Below, in pieces: positions 36,662 through 46,848 of a stretch of DNA of 64,000 nucleotides. The stretch is from assembly GCA_000004985.1 (NCBI GenBank), contig GG738864.1; one strand, written 5' to 3'. A program made the position numbers and the translations under genes. Each line of letters opens with the position of its first letter. The stretch's first letter is position 1. The DNA is from Naegleria gruberi. Its lineage: Eukaryota. The notes beneath the pieces were generated by a model, which worked only from the letters and a program-made list of their open reading frames with translations, did not search any database and was not told where the DNA came from.

Positions 36662-36735
36662 TTAGACGGGAAGCCTGCCAGGAATATGGCGACCATCCCG
36701 CTACAGTCTTTGACTGAATGAACAGTGAAGGCAAG
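36662..36735 (+). repeat. Conserved 74-nt element X, copy 1. Candidate small ncRNA gene or SINE/MITE-like repeat core.
   Basis: The core is gacgggaagcctgccaggaatatggcgaccatcccgctacagtctttgactgaatgaacagtgaaggcaa. It matches the reverse complement of 50851-50925 with 4 mismatches in 74 nt. Weaker similarity extends about 40 nt into both flanks, including tttcaattRttaattt immediately upstream. A TATA-like tataaaaataaagg lies about 50 bp upstream. Confidence 0.45.
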
Positions 36736-38238
36736 AGTTCTGGACGAATCTTGTTGTGTTCAAATAACAGGTTGTTGAAGAATTTGATAAGGTTGACCAA
36801 CCTTCTATTTATTGAAAACCGACAAGTTAAAATTGCTTGATGCAAGTTTTGGTTTGATTTTTTCTGAATCAATTCTAAATTGAAACTTCATCTATTTCAA
36901 ACAAATTATTTTATTTACAATTTACTGAATTATTTACAAGTTAATTTACATCTTTTTCGATTTGGTAATCTTATTTGTGGTGGTTGATTGTTTAGCTCTC
37001 TTTTCAATTGAATTTTTCGAAGATCTTTTCACTGAAATTTGTTTACCATTTAAATTTGCGTGATGATAATCAATATTATGACGTCAATCTTTTAGATAAA
37101 TCAACTAGTTTAGATCTTGTTAGCTGGCATTTTGTTTTGTTGTAGATATATCATCATCCGATACCAGTTGATCTATTTATTTCCATGAAGATTTCCACTA
37201 ATTTTGTGATTCCGATTTTAGTGGATTTTCCACTCATCACAAGAAGTTTGAATTTTTCTATTAATATTTTGATGAAGGAAATTTAATGAAAATCAACAAA
37301 CAAAAGAAAATAACAACAATTAGAAAATGGTCTCAACAAGAAGAAATATGTATAATTCCTCCAATAACACTTCACAATTTAATTCCGAAATTTCTCTGGA
37401 TAACATTGTTGGTGGTACAAGAAGAAGAAATTTAATTGATTACAAAACATTGAATTCTATTGGAAGTGAATCAAGTAAAACTTCCAAATCTCAATCACAT
37501 AATACTTTAGAAATGAGAAACAAACAATTCAAACTGTGGTGAACTCCATTTAACTCAAAATTTTGTAAACCTAGGCAATCATTGTAAATAAACCCAAATG
37601 TAAATATTCAATAATGCACACAGTTGAGTTTTTTGACCCATTTTCTACGTTGAACTTCTGTTCAGTACACGTCCAACATAACTTTCAATGTTAATTATGT
37701 CAATGGTGTGTTTGCTCCATGTTCAACTATCTCAAAGAATTCAAATCATAAAAAAACAAACAACGACCATAATTCACTTTTCAAAAACCATGCATCTAGA
37801 AAGGTAAAAAAGGTTTGTTCGATTCATACTCTTTGCTTTCTTCATACTTACCTTGAAGGACATTTCAGTGATCATGCAGACTGAAATGTGAATCTGGAAA
37901 CTCTCCTCCTTGCACTCAGAGGATGAGAAGCCAGAATTTGGTCAATAATCAAAGTGGTTGTTGCCCTCCTTCTCAATTTTTTCCTGTGAGGATTCATCTG
38001 GTATGATTTCTCGCTCTGTTAAATAATAGAAATTTTGTGTGTGGGAATTTTGCTGCACCGAAGAATCTATTACCCTATAATTGTATCAAATTCCAAAAGC
38101 TCAAGATTTTCTAAATCAAATTGCAGCCATTCATTATCTTAAATTGTGAAACATGAATCAGTTCACCCTTGTTTCCCTCTCAATCTTATTAAAATATGAA
38201 ATATCAATGGTACAAGATTATTAAACCATAATATCCTC

Positions 38239-38320
38239 GTGCGGAGCGTGCAACATCAATTTATCCCAAGTCCGCTAAATGGCATATCAAAGCGTGCGCG
38301 GAAATTTGCTCTTCCAATCA
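38239..38320 (+). promoter_or_regulatory. GC-rich island with a duplicated AGCGTGC motif, 90-170 bp upstream of the NmrA-like gene
   Basis: The sequence is cctcgtgcggAGCGTGCaacatcaatttatcccaagtccgctaaatggcatatcaaAGCGTGCgcggaaatttgc. It stands out in an otherwise roughly 70% AT intergenic region. Confidence 0.2.
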
Positions 38321-38412
38321 TTAATTGATTAAATTTCACTTAAAATTCGAGTTCAGTTTATAAACTCAATTTTAAAAACAAAAAAATACAATCATACAAA
38401 ATCCTATCAACC

Positions 38413-39231
38413 ATGTCTGCCACTACCACTGTTTCATCTTACTATTCATCTGTTTTTGTTGCTGGAGCCACCGGAGTTACTGGAATGCATGTTGCTAAGG
38501 CGCTCCTTAATCATCAATCTGCAAAACAAGTTTCAATTTTGGTTAGAGAGGGAAGTGAGGAGAAGGCAACTGAATTGGTCAATTCTGGAGCAAAGGTTGT
38601 TAAGGGAGATGTTTTGAATATGAGCGAGGAAGAGTTGACCAAAGCTTTGGAATCTGTTGAGGTTGTTGTCAGTGTTATTCAAGGGCATGATGATAAAACA
38701 ATGTTTGATGGTCAATTGAAATTGTTGAATGCTGCCAAGAAGGCTGGAGTTAAAAAATTCCTTCCATCTAGCTTTGGTTTCAATTACAATTTAGTCAACT
38801 ATGGAGATTCATTGTTTATGGATACCAAGAAGAAGTTTGTAGTGGAATTGGAAAAGAGTGGGTTGGAATATGTTCAATTACATGTTGGTGCCTTTGCTCA
38901 TTATGCTTCTTCTCCATCATTTGTAATGAAGTATGATAAGGATTCGAATACTGTTTCTTTATCTGGTGATTTTGATGTGAAATTTGGTATTACTACTTCA
39001 CAAGATATTGGAAAGTTTGCTGCAGAAGCTGCTTTGAGAAGAGACATTACCAAACACAATGTCACTGTCAGAGATGATTATTTGAGCGTTAGAGAAATTG
39101 CTCAATTAGTTTATGGATCTGATGTTAAACTTAATTTGGTGCAAACAACTGAGGAGTTGAAGAAGAGCATTAATGAAAGATCAACAGCTCTTGACAAATA
39201 CTCCACAAGATTGGATGAGAATTGCTTTTGA
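38413..39231 (+). CDS. NmrA-like / isoflavone-reductase-like NAD(P)-binding protein (272 aa)
   Basis: ATG at 38413 and a single ORF to TGA 39231. The N-terminal Rossmann motif is VFVAGATGVTGMHVAKALL. The architecture is typical of the NmrA/PCBER short-chain reductase family. Confidence 0.7.
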   Translation: MSATTTVSSYYSSVFVAGATGVTGMHVAKALLNHQSAKQVSILVREGSEEKATELVNSGAKVVKGDVLNMSEEELTKALESVEVVVSVIQGHDDKTMFDGQLKLLNAAKKAGVKKFLPSSFGFNYNLVNYGDSLFMDTKKKFVVELEKSGLEYVQLHVGAFAHYASSPSFVMKYDKDSNTVSLSGDFDVKFGITTSQDIGKFAAEAALRRDITKHNVTVRDDYLSVREIAQLVYGSDVKLNLVQTTEELKKSINERSTALDKYSTRLDENCF

Positions 39232-39637
39232 TCAATTAGTTTGGGTTATCATGTCAAATGCCAACAGAGAAGAAAACGACAATGATTTATTCCCAACAAT
39301 TCAAACCACCTCCTTCAAGGAATATGCTAAATCCATTCAATAAAGTATTAAGCTGATAATATTCCTCTTGGACATCATGTTCACTAACAACAACTGGAAG
39401 ATTGCCAACTTTCTAGTATTAATATTTAGTTACCCAGATGGAACATATACAAATGATGATGATATCCCTAAGAATTTGTCCGATAGGATCTTACATCACT
39501 TCATCAACAAGTTCCTTAATATTTTTTATAATTAAAAATATTCGTGATGATGGGATGTAAGATCGGATCATAAATAGAGAGTTTTAAGGCACTCTATGAA
39601 AATCACATAATCAAAACAAATAACAACACATATAACA

Positions 39638-40710
39638 ATGAATAATATGCAAAATCAACAAGGTACTATGATTCCAATCAAGATTTGTACAGTTGGTGAT
39701 AAGAAAGTTGGAAAGACATCCATGATTCAATCCTACACTCAAACTCCTAGAGAATTGAATTTGGATCCTCATTACAAGAGACCATATAGACCAACAGTGT
39801 ATGATTTCAGCTTTTCTACTGTCAAGTTACCAGTTTCCATTCCACAAAGTTATACCAAATCGAAATATTCATCTGCCTCTTCTAATAATTCTCAAAGTTT
39901 GAAAGAAATTGTTTTCAATTTGAACTTTTCTGATTGTTCCTCTCTGAATTGTTATACACCAATGAGATTGTTGAGCTATGACCAATGTGATATCTTCTTT
40001 GTTTGTTTTAGATTAGATAAGGCACAATCATTTTACAATGCAATTGATCAATGGTGTCCAGAAGTGAAATTCTTTTGTTCTGGCAAGCAATCTTCCAAAT
40101 CAAGAATTGTCTTATTGGGATTAGGAAGACAAGATTTGATCAACTCATCAATTCTCCAACAAATAGTAACAATGAAGATGATATCTTCTTTGGTCAAACA
40201 TGCACTAGTCGCTCACTCTCTCCTGAAATTTTATGTGGAGAAATGATTGATATTGTTGAGAGCGAGCAATTTTCTCTAAAATCTAAAAGTAGAAAGAGTC
40301 TTACCAATGTCAATAGTAAACCAAGATCAAAGACCTACTCATACAGAAGAAATTATTCAAATCCATTCATGAAGAGAAAGAGAATTCCAGTACAATTCAA
40401 TGATAATAATCAAGAAGACGTAGAAATACCAGTACTTGGAGACTCAATGCTTGATAGTTGTTTGAGCTTTGTTGAATGTGGAGCTGAAAGAGAAGTAACA
40501 TGGGATATGATTGAATCTGGTAGAAGACAATTAGATGAGCTAGGAATTGATCATGTATACTATGAATGTCCATTCAATAATCAAAAGAGTGTTCAGTTTA
40601 TCATTGAAGAATGTGTAAGAGAATTTTACAAATGTAAATTATCTCAAAATTCCTCAGATGTCACTCAATCGGCTTCTCTTTTGGAAAAATTAAAGAGAGT
40701 TTCACTGTAA
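39638..40710 (+). CDS. Atypical Rho-like small GTPase (probable pseudo-GTPase) with a long C-terminal extension
   Basis: The P-loop is KICTVGDKKVGKTSMIQSY. The Rho-like YRPTVYDFSFSTVKL and LSYDQCDIFFVCFRLDKAQSFYNAIDQWCPEV segments are present. Switch II is degenerate (FSDCSS where DTAGQE is expected) and the G4 motif reads LGRQDL where TKxD is expected. The reading frame changes between 40080 and 40200, from frame 1 to frame 2, before the C-terminal region. That is either a small intron or an indel. Confidence 0.45.
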
Positions 40711-40727
40711 ATAAATATTAATTTCTG

Positions 40728-43541
40728 TTAAATCTTCTTATTCATCATTGCTGAAAGGCAAGACCAAATTGAGAGAGGTCTACAATATCCAAGGGCTCTA
40801 TATTCTCCCGTTTCTGTTACTGCCTCAGGAGTTTGGAACCAGAATGCCGAATTGGAGGACCAACATTTATCAAAAACACTCTTCATCAAATCTATTCCTT
40901 CTTCTCGTCTGCCAAGCAAGATTGTTAAAGCAGCTACGACATACGATGTTCCTGTCCACATCTCTCTAGACTGCAAGCTTGTCTTATCAACCTCTTGTGT
41001 TGGTCTCATACCATTAACACATCCTCCAAGTTTTGTAATCTGTTGATATTTTACAAAGTTATTCTCCAGTATTTTGTTAAGTGATTTGGAAACCCTTTCC
41101 ATGTTGAATGGAATCAAGTAGTGTGAATCCTCACATCTTCCACTATTTTTCACATAATTTCCAATAAGCAATAACATGAATGTGCCGTGTAAATGGTCTG
41201 ACATGATAGAGTCATGTTGTGGCTCAGTACTTGCATCATAGTGATAGTATTGATTAGTTTCATCCCATAATTTACTCTCGAATGTTTTCAGGCCACTTTC
41301 TATCAATGGTTCTACCTTTTGTCTGGTATTTTCATCGTCCAGTTCTTTGGCCATTTCTAAAATAGCTTTCAAAGATGCAATCCATAACATCCCAGAGTAT
41401 GCAGAAACACCTGTTACTTTCCAGGCGTCGTATGTCGTATCTGGGAATGATTCATTTTCAATCAATCCATCACCATCCTTATCGAAATTGGTCAAGCTGT
41501 AGTTGAGAGCAAGAATTATAGAGGGGAATGCTTCTTCCAGAAATTCTCTATTCTTTGTAATCATAAAATCTCTGAAAATAGTTAAAATAAATTGACTATT
41601 AAGATCTTTCCATTTGTTGACATCTTGGAAGTTATAGGCATTAACTAGTTTCCATGGTCTTTCGTATGGAGTACCGACATCATGTGGAACACTTCCCTTG
41701 ACCTTTCTCCTATTTTTCATGTTTGATAGATAAAAGGTAACCTCTTGATTGTTTTCCTCTCTGACAGCTCTAATGATATCTCGTTGAATAGAAAGCTGTA
41801 TTTCTGGCCAATTCATAATCATGGCATGAGAGGCATAGAAATGTACATCATATGTGTTACACATTAAATATTCATGTCCTTCCAAATAGAAAAAGTAGTC
41901 CTTTGAGTCTTGACTATTACCATTTTCATCCAGTTCTCCACCATTGGTCCATAAGGTTCCTCCATCAACAATATAGTATAACTCATTGAATAGAGCCGCA
42001 ACAGCTGTTGGATGGTCCTTCCCGACTTGGTCAATTACACCTTGGTGCCATTGTGAGATTTCATCTTTCCATTGTTTAGATGAATCCAAACTTCTCTTGC
42101 ACATTTCAAAGCATGCAGTATCCTTGTGTTGTGTGATGGAAGAAATGGCATCAGTACAGAACTGGGTATAATGTCTAAGATATCTGAATTCCATTGTTGG
42201 ACCAAACCTAACAAATGGCGCATTCCAATTCAAATTGAAACAAACTTGTTTGGAACTATTCGAAGGAATTTGTACTTTGCTACAAATTGCGTGACAAGAC
42301 AAATGTTTTGATTGGCTCTTAGTCCAATCGTGCCTTTTAGCAAAATTTTCACAAAACTCTGTTGAAAATTCTCCATTATTGTTAAATTCTTGCCACAAAT
42401 CATGTAAATGGGATTCATTCGTTCCATTAAATTCATCCAAAAATGTTATTGATCCCAAAGATGTGTTGGCTCCAATACAAAACTGTATTGTATCCTTATG
42501 TGAAAACGAATCTGTTACTGTAGTTTCTATTGTCAAACACTTTACCGAGTCAGTTTCGTTTCTAGCTATTATTGATTGTTCATTCTTTTTTCTAAACTTT
42601 TCTTCACTTTGAATTGTAAATAATAATGAAACATTTGCTTCCTCGTCTGTGTTATTGATAATAGTCCATTCAAAATTACATGTTGGAAAACTTGATTCTT
42701 GATAATTGTGAGCCCACACAGGTGAATATCTTTCGCATATTACTGTGAATTTTTCATCGCTTGTCTGATAGACAGTCCACGACTTTGGAAATAGAGAATA
42801 CACCTGTTGTGAAAATTGCATCTTGTTTTTTCTTCTTCTTTCATCATTAATAAACATCCAATTATGTTTCAACTTTTTAATTAAATCCTTATCCATAGTT
42901 CCATCTTTAAATTCACATATTGGATTCAACACAAACGACTCAATCTCACCATTTCTTTCCACTCTCAAACTGAACTGATTGACTGGCAAGACTGTATCCG
43001 AATAAATTCCACCTGTCTGATTAAAAATCAAATGGCTCCTCGTAAACCATCCATTCATTCCCAAAGTAAACATTCCTGCTCCAATTCCACCAATTGGTGG
43101 TCCCTTTCTTCTTGGATCAACAACTGCTCTTCTCATAATAAAATCAAACGGTGTTTCCCTCTTCTTAATAAGCTTCTCTGGAACATAGGACATGGTCAGG
43201 AATCTCAAAGCACCCGGAAGGAAGTGAAACATTTCTCCAATTGAATAGGTTTGTGCTCGGAGAGGAATTGTTGTTTTCTGCAGGGACGGAAATAAATGTT
43301 GTGATTTATCCATAATTTCCAAATGCCAACAATAGGACTGCATCGGAAGAATGATGCTAGATAGAGTTTCGGATTGGTCGGATGCTGCTGAAGATATTAA
43401 ATTATTTCCTGTTATTTGTATTGTTGCTTGATTTTCATCTTGTTCTTCTTCCTCGTCAATAAAAACGAGTTGATCCTGTTGTTGATTCTGTGATAGAGAA
43501 GATTCAGTGTCAAACTCCTCACTCCTTGGTTGTGCAAGCAT
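40728..43541 (-). CDS. GBA2: Non-lysosomal glucosylceramidase (GBA2, GH116 family), about 938 aa
   Basis: The first ATG is at 43541 (MLAQPRSEEF). The ORF-track start at 43586 is a TTG. The gene is a single exon to TAA 40728. Conserved GBA2 blocks are present: PIGGIGAGMFTLGMNGWF in the N-terminal beta-sandwich, and HDVGTPYERPW ... FPDTTYDAWKVTGVSAYSGMLWIASL in the C-terminal (alpha/alpha)6 catalytic domain. Confidence 0.8.
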   Translation of the reverse strand: MLAQPRSEEFDTESSLSQNQQQDQLVFIDEEEEQDENQATIQITGNNLISSAASDQSETLSSIILPMQSYCWHLEIMDKSQHLFPSLQKTTIPLRAQTYSIGEMFHFLPGALRFLTMSYVPEKLIKKRETPFDFIMRRAVVDPRRKGPPIGGIGAGMFTLGMNGWFTRSHLIFNQTGGIYSDTVLPVNQFSLRVERNGEIESFVLNPICEFKDGTMDKDLIKKLKHNWMFINDERRRKNKMQFSQQVYSLFPKSWTVYQTSDEKFTVICERYSPVWAHNYQESSFPTCNFEWTIINNTDEEANVSLLFTIQSEEKFRKKNEQSIIARNETDSVKCLTIETTVTDSFSHKDTIQFCIGANTSLGSITFLDEFNGTNESHLHDLWQEFNNNGEFSTEFCENFAKRHDWTKSQSKHLSCHAICSKVQIPSNSSKQVCFNLNWNAPFVRFGPTMEFRYLRHYTQFCTDAISSITQHKDTACFEMCKRSLDSSKQWKDEISQWHQGVIDQVGKDHPTAVAALFNELYYIVDGGTLWTNGGELDENGNSQDSKDYFFYLEGHEYLMCNTYDVHFYASHAMIMNWPEIQLSIQRDIIRAVREENNQEVTFYLSNMKNRRKVKGSVPHDVGTPYERPWKLVNAYNFQDVNKWKDLNSQFILTIFRDFMITKNREFLEEAFPSIILALNYSLTNFDKDGDGLIENESFPDTTYDAWKVTGVSAYSGMLWIASLKAILEMAKELDDENTRQKVEPLIESGLKTFESKLWDETNQYYHYDASTEPQHDSIMSDHLHGTFMLLLIGNYVKNSGRCEDSHYLIPFNMERVSKSLNKILENNFVKYQQITKLGGCVNGMRPTQEVDKTSLQSREMWTGTSYVVAALTILLGRREEGIDLMKSVFDKCWSSNSAFWFQTPEAVTETGEYRALGYCRPLSIWSCLSAMMNKKI

Positions 43542-43768
43542 TTTTTTTTGTAATGCTTTTTGTCTGTTTTTGTAAGATTCGCACAATTAAAGATTTTCGC
43601 TGGTGATGAGCACTTTATTGGACACAAAGCTTAGAGGATATAAAAGTTAAAATATATAAATGATAATCCTAAGTCATTTAAAATGGACCATTGTAAAGAC
43701 AAGAAACATTAAAACAATTGCTTTCACTGTACCTCTTTATTAAGGAAAATTAAGTAACCTTAAATGTA

Positions 43769-43841
43769 GCCCGTCTAGCTCAGTCGGTAGAGCGCAAGGC
43801 TCTTAACCTTGTGGTCGTGGGTTCGACCCCCACGGTGGGCG
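43769..43841 (+). tRNA. tRNA-Lys (anticodon CUU)
   Basis: The sequence is gcccgtctagctcagtcggtagagcgcaaggctCTTaaccttgtggtcgtgggttcgacccccacggtgggcg. It is near-identical to the canonical eukaryotic tRNA-Lys(CUU). A T-run (gtttcctttt) follows immediately. Confidence 0.9.
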
Positions 43842-44154
43842 TTTCCTTTTAGTTAAGGTTAATAGTAGATCTATTAGCAGGTTGGTCAAGTTTTTCATTT
43901 CTTCTATTCTAAACATCAGGCCTAATTTTTTCAAGATGTTATTATATAAACAGACAATCCTATTATCACCTTCCAAGTTTTGATTCAATCTAAGTGGTTG
44001 TTCATTACCGCCACATTATTATGATTGATGATTCGTGGTTTATTTTGAATAATTGTTCTTTAATTTCAAAACAATGGTTTAATGTGATCAAGGATCGTTC
44101 AAAACTTGTTATTCAATTTAAAAAAAATTAACAGAAAAAAGAGTTGAATTATTA

Positions 44155-44472
44155 ATGAAAAGTCAATTCGTGCATAGTATTGTAAATGTTAAGTTTTCTT
44201 TTGGGTTGCTTAACTCTTCAGATAAACTTAAATTCATAAGTGAAATGAAACAATTAACATCACTTGATATTTCTGACAATGAAATTGGTGTAGAAGGAGC
44301 CAAACTCATAAGTGGAATGAAATCATTAATATCACTTAGTATTGGTGATAATCAAATTGGTGTAGAAGGATCCAAATACATAAGTGAAATGAAACAATTA
44401 ACATCACTTAATATATATTACAATGAAATTGGTGTGGAAGGAGCCAAACTCATAAGTGAAATGAAACATTAA
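44155..44472 (+). CDS. Short RI-type leucine-rich-repeat protein or gene fragment (105 aa) built from three near-identical 72-bp DNA repeats
   Basis: ATG at 44155. The protein repeats ISEMKQLTSLDISDNEIGVEGAKL three times. The underlying DNA is a tandem repeat of about 72 bp spanning 44215-44470. Confidence 0.35.
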   Translation: MKSQFVHSIVNVKFSFGLLNSSDKLKFISEMKQLTSLDISDNEIGVEGAKLISGMKSLISLSIGDNQIGVEGSKYISEMKQLTSLNIYYNEIGVEGAKLISEMKH

Positions 44473-44703
44473 GAAATGTTGTTGTAATATCATCTGTCAT
44501 TTAACACCAAGAAAAACAGCCATTACTGCATCGAAACCAAATGAAGTTTTACGATTTTGATTCCATTTACTTGGGAATTCAAAGGCTTTCCTCAGAATAA
44601 AGCAAGATAATTTGGACACGTTTTTTTCAGATTGAACACGTTTTCAGAATTTAGTCGTTTATTCTCAAACAAACTGAATGTAGGACTAAATTAGATCAAA
44701 AAA

Positions 44704-45501
44704 ATGGCTAAACTGATAAAAGTGTTGCTACTCTCTCTTTCTATGATATTATTATTCGGATATATTGAAAGCTTTACAATAAAGAAATATCAACTAGCAG
44801 AAGCGCTTCATTTGGCCATTAAGGAAGGACAATTGAAAGAAATTGATAGATTACTCAAACAAGGAGCCGATCCATATTATAGAATTCAATATTTGGTATG
44901 TTGATATGTGAATATCATCATAGATTTCTTACTGTTTTATTAGATTTCAAGTTGGGATGCGTTTGAAATTGCCATGTTTTATCAGTCGATAGACTTTTTC
45001 AAACTATATACTGCTCACAGAGAACAACTTGTTACACGATCGTTATCTGAACAGAAAACTTATTATTTGTATCAGTTTGTTGTCTTTGTGGGAATTCTTG
45101 GCTTGAGTTGTTGTGGATTGATTTTATGGAAGAAAACTCTGACGGAAAATGAAGAAGGAGAATACATTCTGAATAAAACATTGGTGGAATTGGAATCGAG
45201 CAAAAAGAGATTGAAAGATTTGGAGCTCCAAATTGCTGTGTTAAGAGAAAATATTGGAAATGTTTCTGATACAGAAGAGACGGAAATTAAATTGACAGCA
45301 GTAGAAGAGTTGCAAGCCAAATTAGAAGATGAAACAGAGCAAAAGAGATGTATCATTTGTTTAGAGAATATGAAGAATGCTGCATTTAGTTGTGGACATG
45401 TTTTCTGTTCAGATTGTTGTGAGGAAATTCTTTCAGTTTCTTCAAAATGTCCTGTTTGTAAAAAAGAAGATCCAACAATTCTCAATCTCTATGGATTATA
45501 A
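44704..45501 (+). CDS. Membrane-anchored RING-finger E3 ubiquitin ligase (ankyrin-like N-terminus, one TM helix, coiled coil, C-terminal C3HC4 RING)
   Basis: Exons are 44704..44895 and 44944..45501, with an intron 44896..44943 (GTATGT...ttttattag, 48 nt). The TM helix is YLYQFVVFVGILGLSCCGLILW. The coiled coil is ELESSKKRLKDLELQIAVLRENIG. The RING is CIICLENMKNAAFSCGHVFCSDCCEEILSVSSKCPVC. Confidence 0.6.
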
Positions 45502-45921
45502 TTTGGTTCTGTGCCTCAATATTTTTCCAAACTGGGCGAAATGCGAATTCACTGTTTTCAAATTGTAACCAAGATGAAAACCTTCATGTACCTCTTGTGG
45601 ATTCCTTATTAAAAATGTCCAAAACATTAATATTGTTTATGTTGATGATGTTGCTTCACTGTTGCTTCATGTGAAGAAAGAGCAGCCAGATCTCCATTCT
45701 GCCATTAATAATGATTGAAACAAGATCAATCAATTAATTAAAAGAGGATTGAACAAAACTTGAGAGCAAAAAAACAAGAAAAGAAAGAAACTGAGTGAGT
45801 TGGGAGAGCAGAAGGAAATTGAATCCTCTAAAATGCCAATGAAACCTGAGCTAGAAAATGTAACCCATACGCTGTTAGATCTGAAGGAGAAATTAGAAGA
45901 AGAATCCAATATATTCTTGTA

Positions 45922-46848
45922 TTATTTACAGTGACATTTCAAATCATTTGAAAAAGAATATTCCACATGAGATACAATATGATTACACTCTCTTTGACAT
46001 TGACTCTGATTTGAATTCACTCTCATTCCATTATGAGTATCAGAGCGATTATTACATTTACAATACTTTGTATTAGAGCATGTTAATGATCTCTCTCCCA
46101 AAACTACAAGATAAGGTACAAGTTGCCCACCAATATCCTTTCCACATTGTTCATCACACTCATGTTCACTCATCTTCCTGATAGACTTTTCCAAAAACTT
46201 GCAATTATCCTCCATTGACCTAATATCCAATTTTAGCTTGATAAAATCATTACCAAAAGCAATATTCTTTGAACAGACACATCCACTTTGGCATCCATGT
46301 TGATTCCTCTCAATTTCCACAATAAATTTGTTATGACAAATCTCATGACAAGGATAAATTGGTTGATTCTCTGGTGTCATTTCATTCTTTCCACAATAGC
46401 ATTCACACTTTCCAACCGAATCAATTGAATCTTGCATCCTTCTACCACCATAGAGACATTCTTTCGAACAATCATTATCAATTTGCTTCATCTCTTCCGA
46501 TTCGAAAATTAAATTTCTGCTGTGATGCTGATCCTGTTGTTGTTGTATCTCTATAATTTCATTCAAACTCTTTGGTTCATGTGTTGTACGTGAGGCTTGT
46601 TCCTGATCAGGTGAAACAGCTTGAGGACACAATGGACATACACATTCCTTACCAATAACCATCGGTTTGCCACATTGACAATGAGAGAAGAGATGAGAAC
46701 AGTCAATAAATAGGCCTTCTTCTTCTTCCTCACTACAATATGTTGCTGAAACCAACATCATGATCATGATTACCAGCAAACATCCCAATAATGATAATAA
46801 TCGGAGATTCCTTCTTGTTGATATTTGCATTTTTATCTGTGATGACAT
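45922..46848 (-). CDS. Cysteine-rich membrane-anchored or secreted protein (308 aa), function unknown
   Basis: ATG at 46848. The N-terminal signal anchor is LRLLSLLGCLLVIMIMMLVSA. More than 40 Cys residues occur in CxC/CxxC patterns. One stretch is Gln/His-rich (QQQQDQHH). Confidence 0.45.
   Translation of the reverse strand: MSSQIKMQISTRRNLRLLSLLGCLLVIMIMMLVSATYCSEEEEEGLFIDCSHLFSHCQCGKPMVIGKECVCPLCPQAVSPDQEQASRTTHEPKSLNEIIEIQQQQDQHHSRNLIFESEEMKQIDNDCSKECLYGGRRMQDSIDSVGKCECYCGKNEMTPENQPIYPCHEICHNKFIVEIERNQHGCQSGCVCSKNIAFGNDFIKLKLDIRSMEDNCKFLEKSIRKMSEHECDEQCGKDIGGQLVPYLVVLGERSLTCSNTKYCKCNNRSDTHNGMRVNSNQSQCQRECNHIVSHVEYSFSNDLKCHCK

Noticed and set aside
36662-36735. Element X as a tRNA or tRNA-derived SINE
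   Set aside because: It has no cloverleaf, no A-box (TRGCNNAGTGG) or B-box (GGTTCGANTCC), and no anticodon arm. The 5S copies beside it are full-length genes in the opposite orientation, so a 5S-headed SINE does not fit either.
37327-37542. 71-aa Ser/Asn-rich ORF between element X and the NmrA-like gene
   Set aside because: There is no domain, and low-complexity ORFs of this size occur by chance in AT-rich DNA. Evidence is insufficient.
39483-39568. Imperfect inverted repeat (ggatcttacatc ... gatgtaagatc) downstream of the NmrA-like gene
   Set aside because: It has only about a 10-bp stem with a 50-nt loop. That is consistent with chance or a weak 3'-UTR structure, not a transposon end or regulatory hairpin that I can support.
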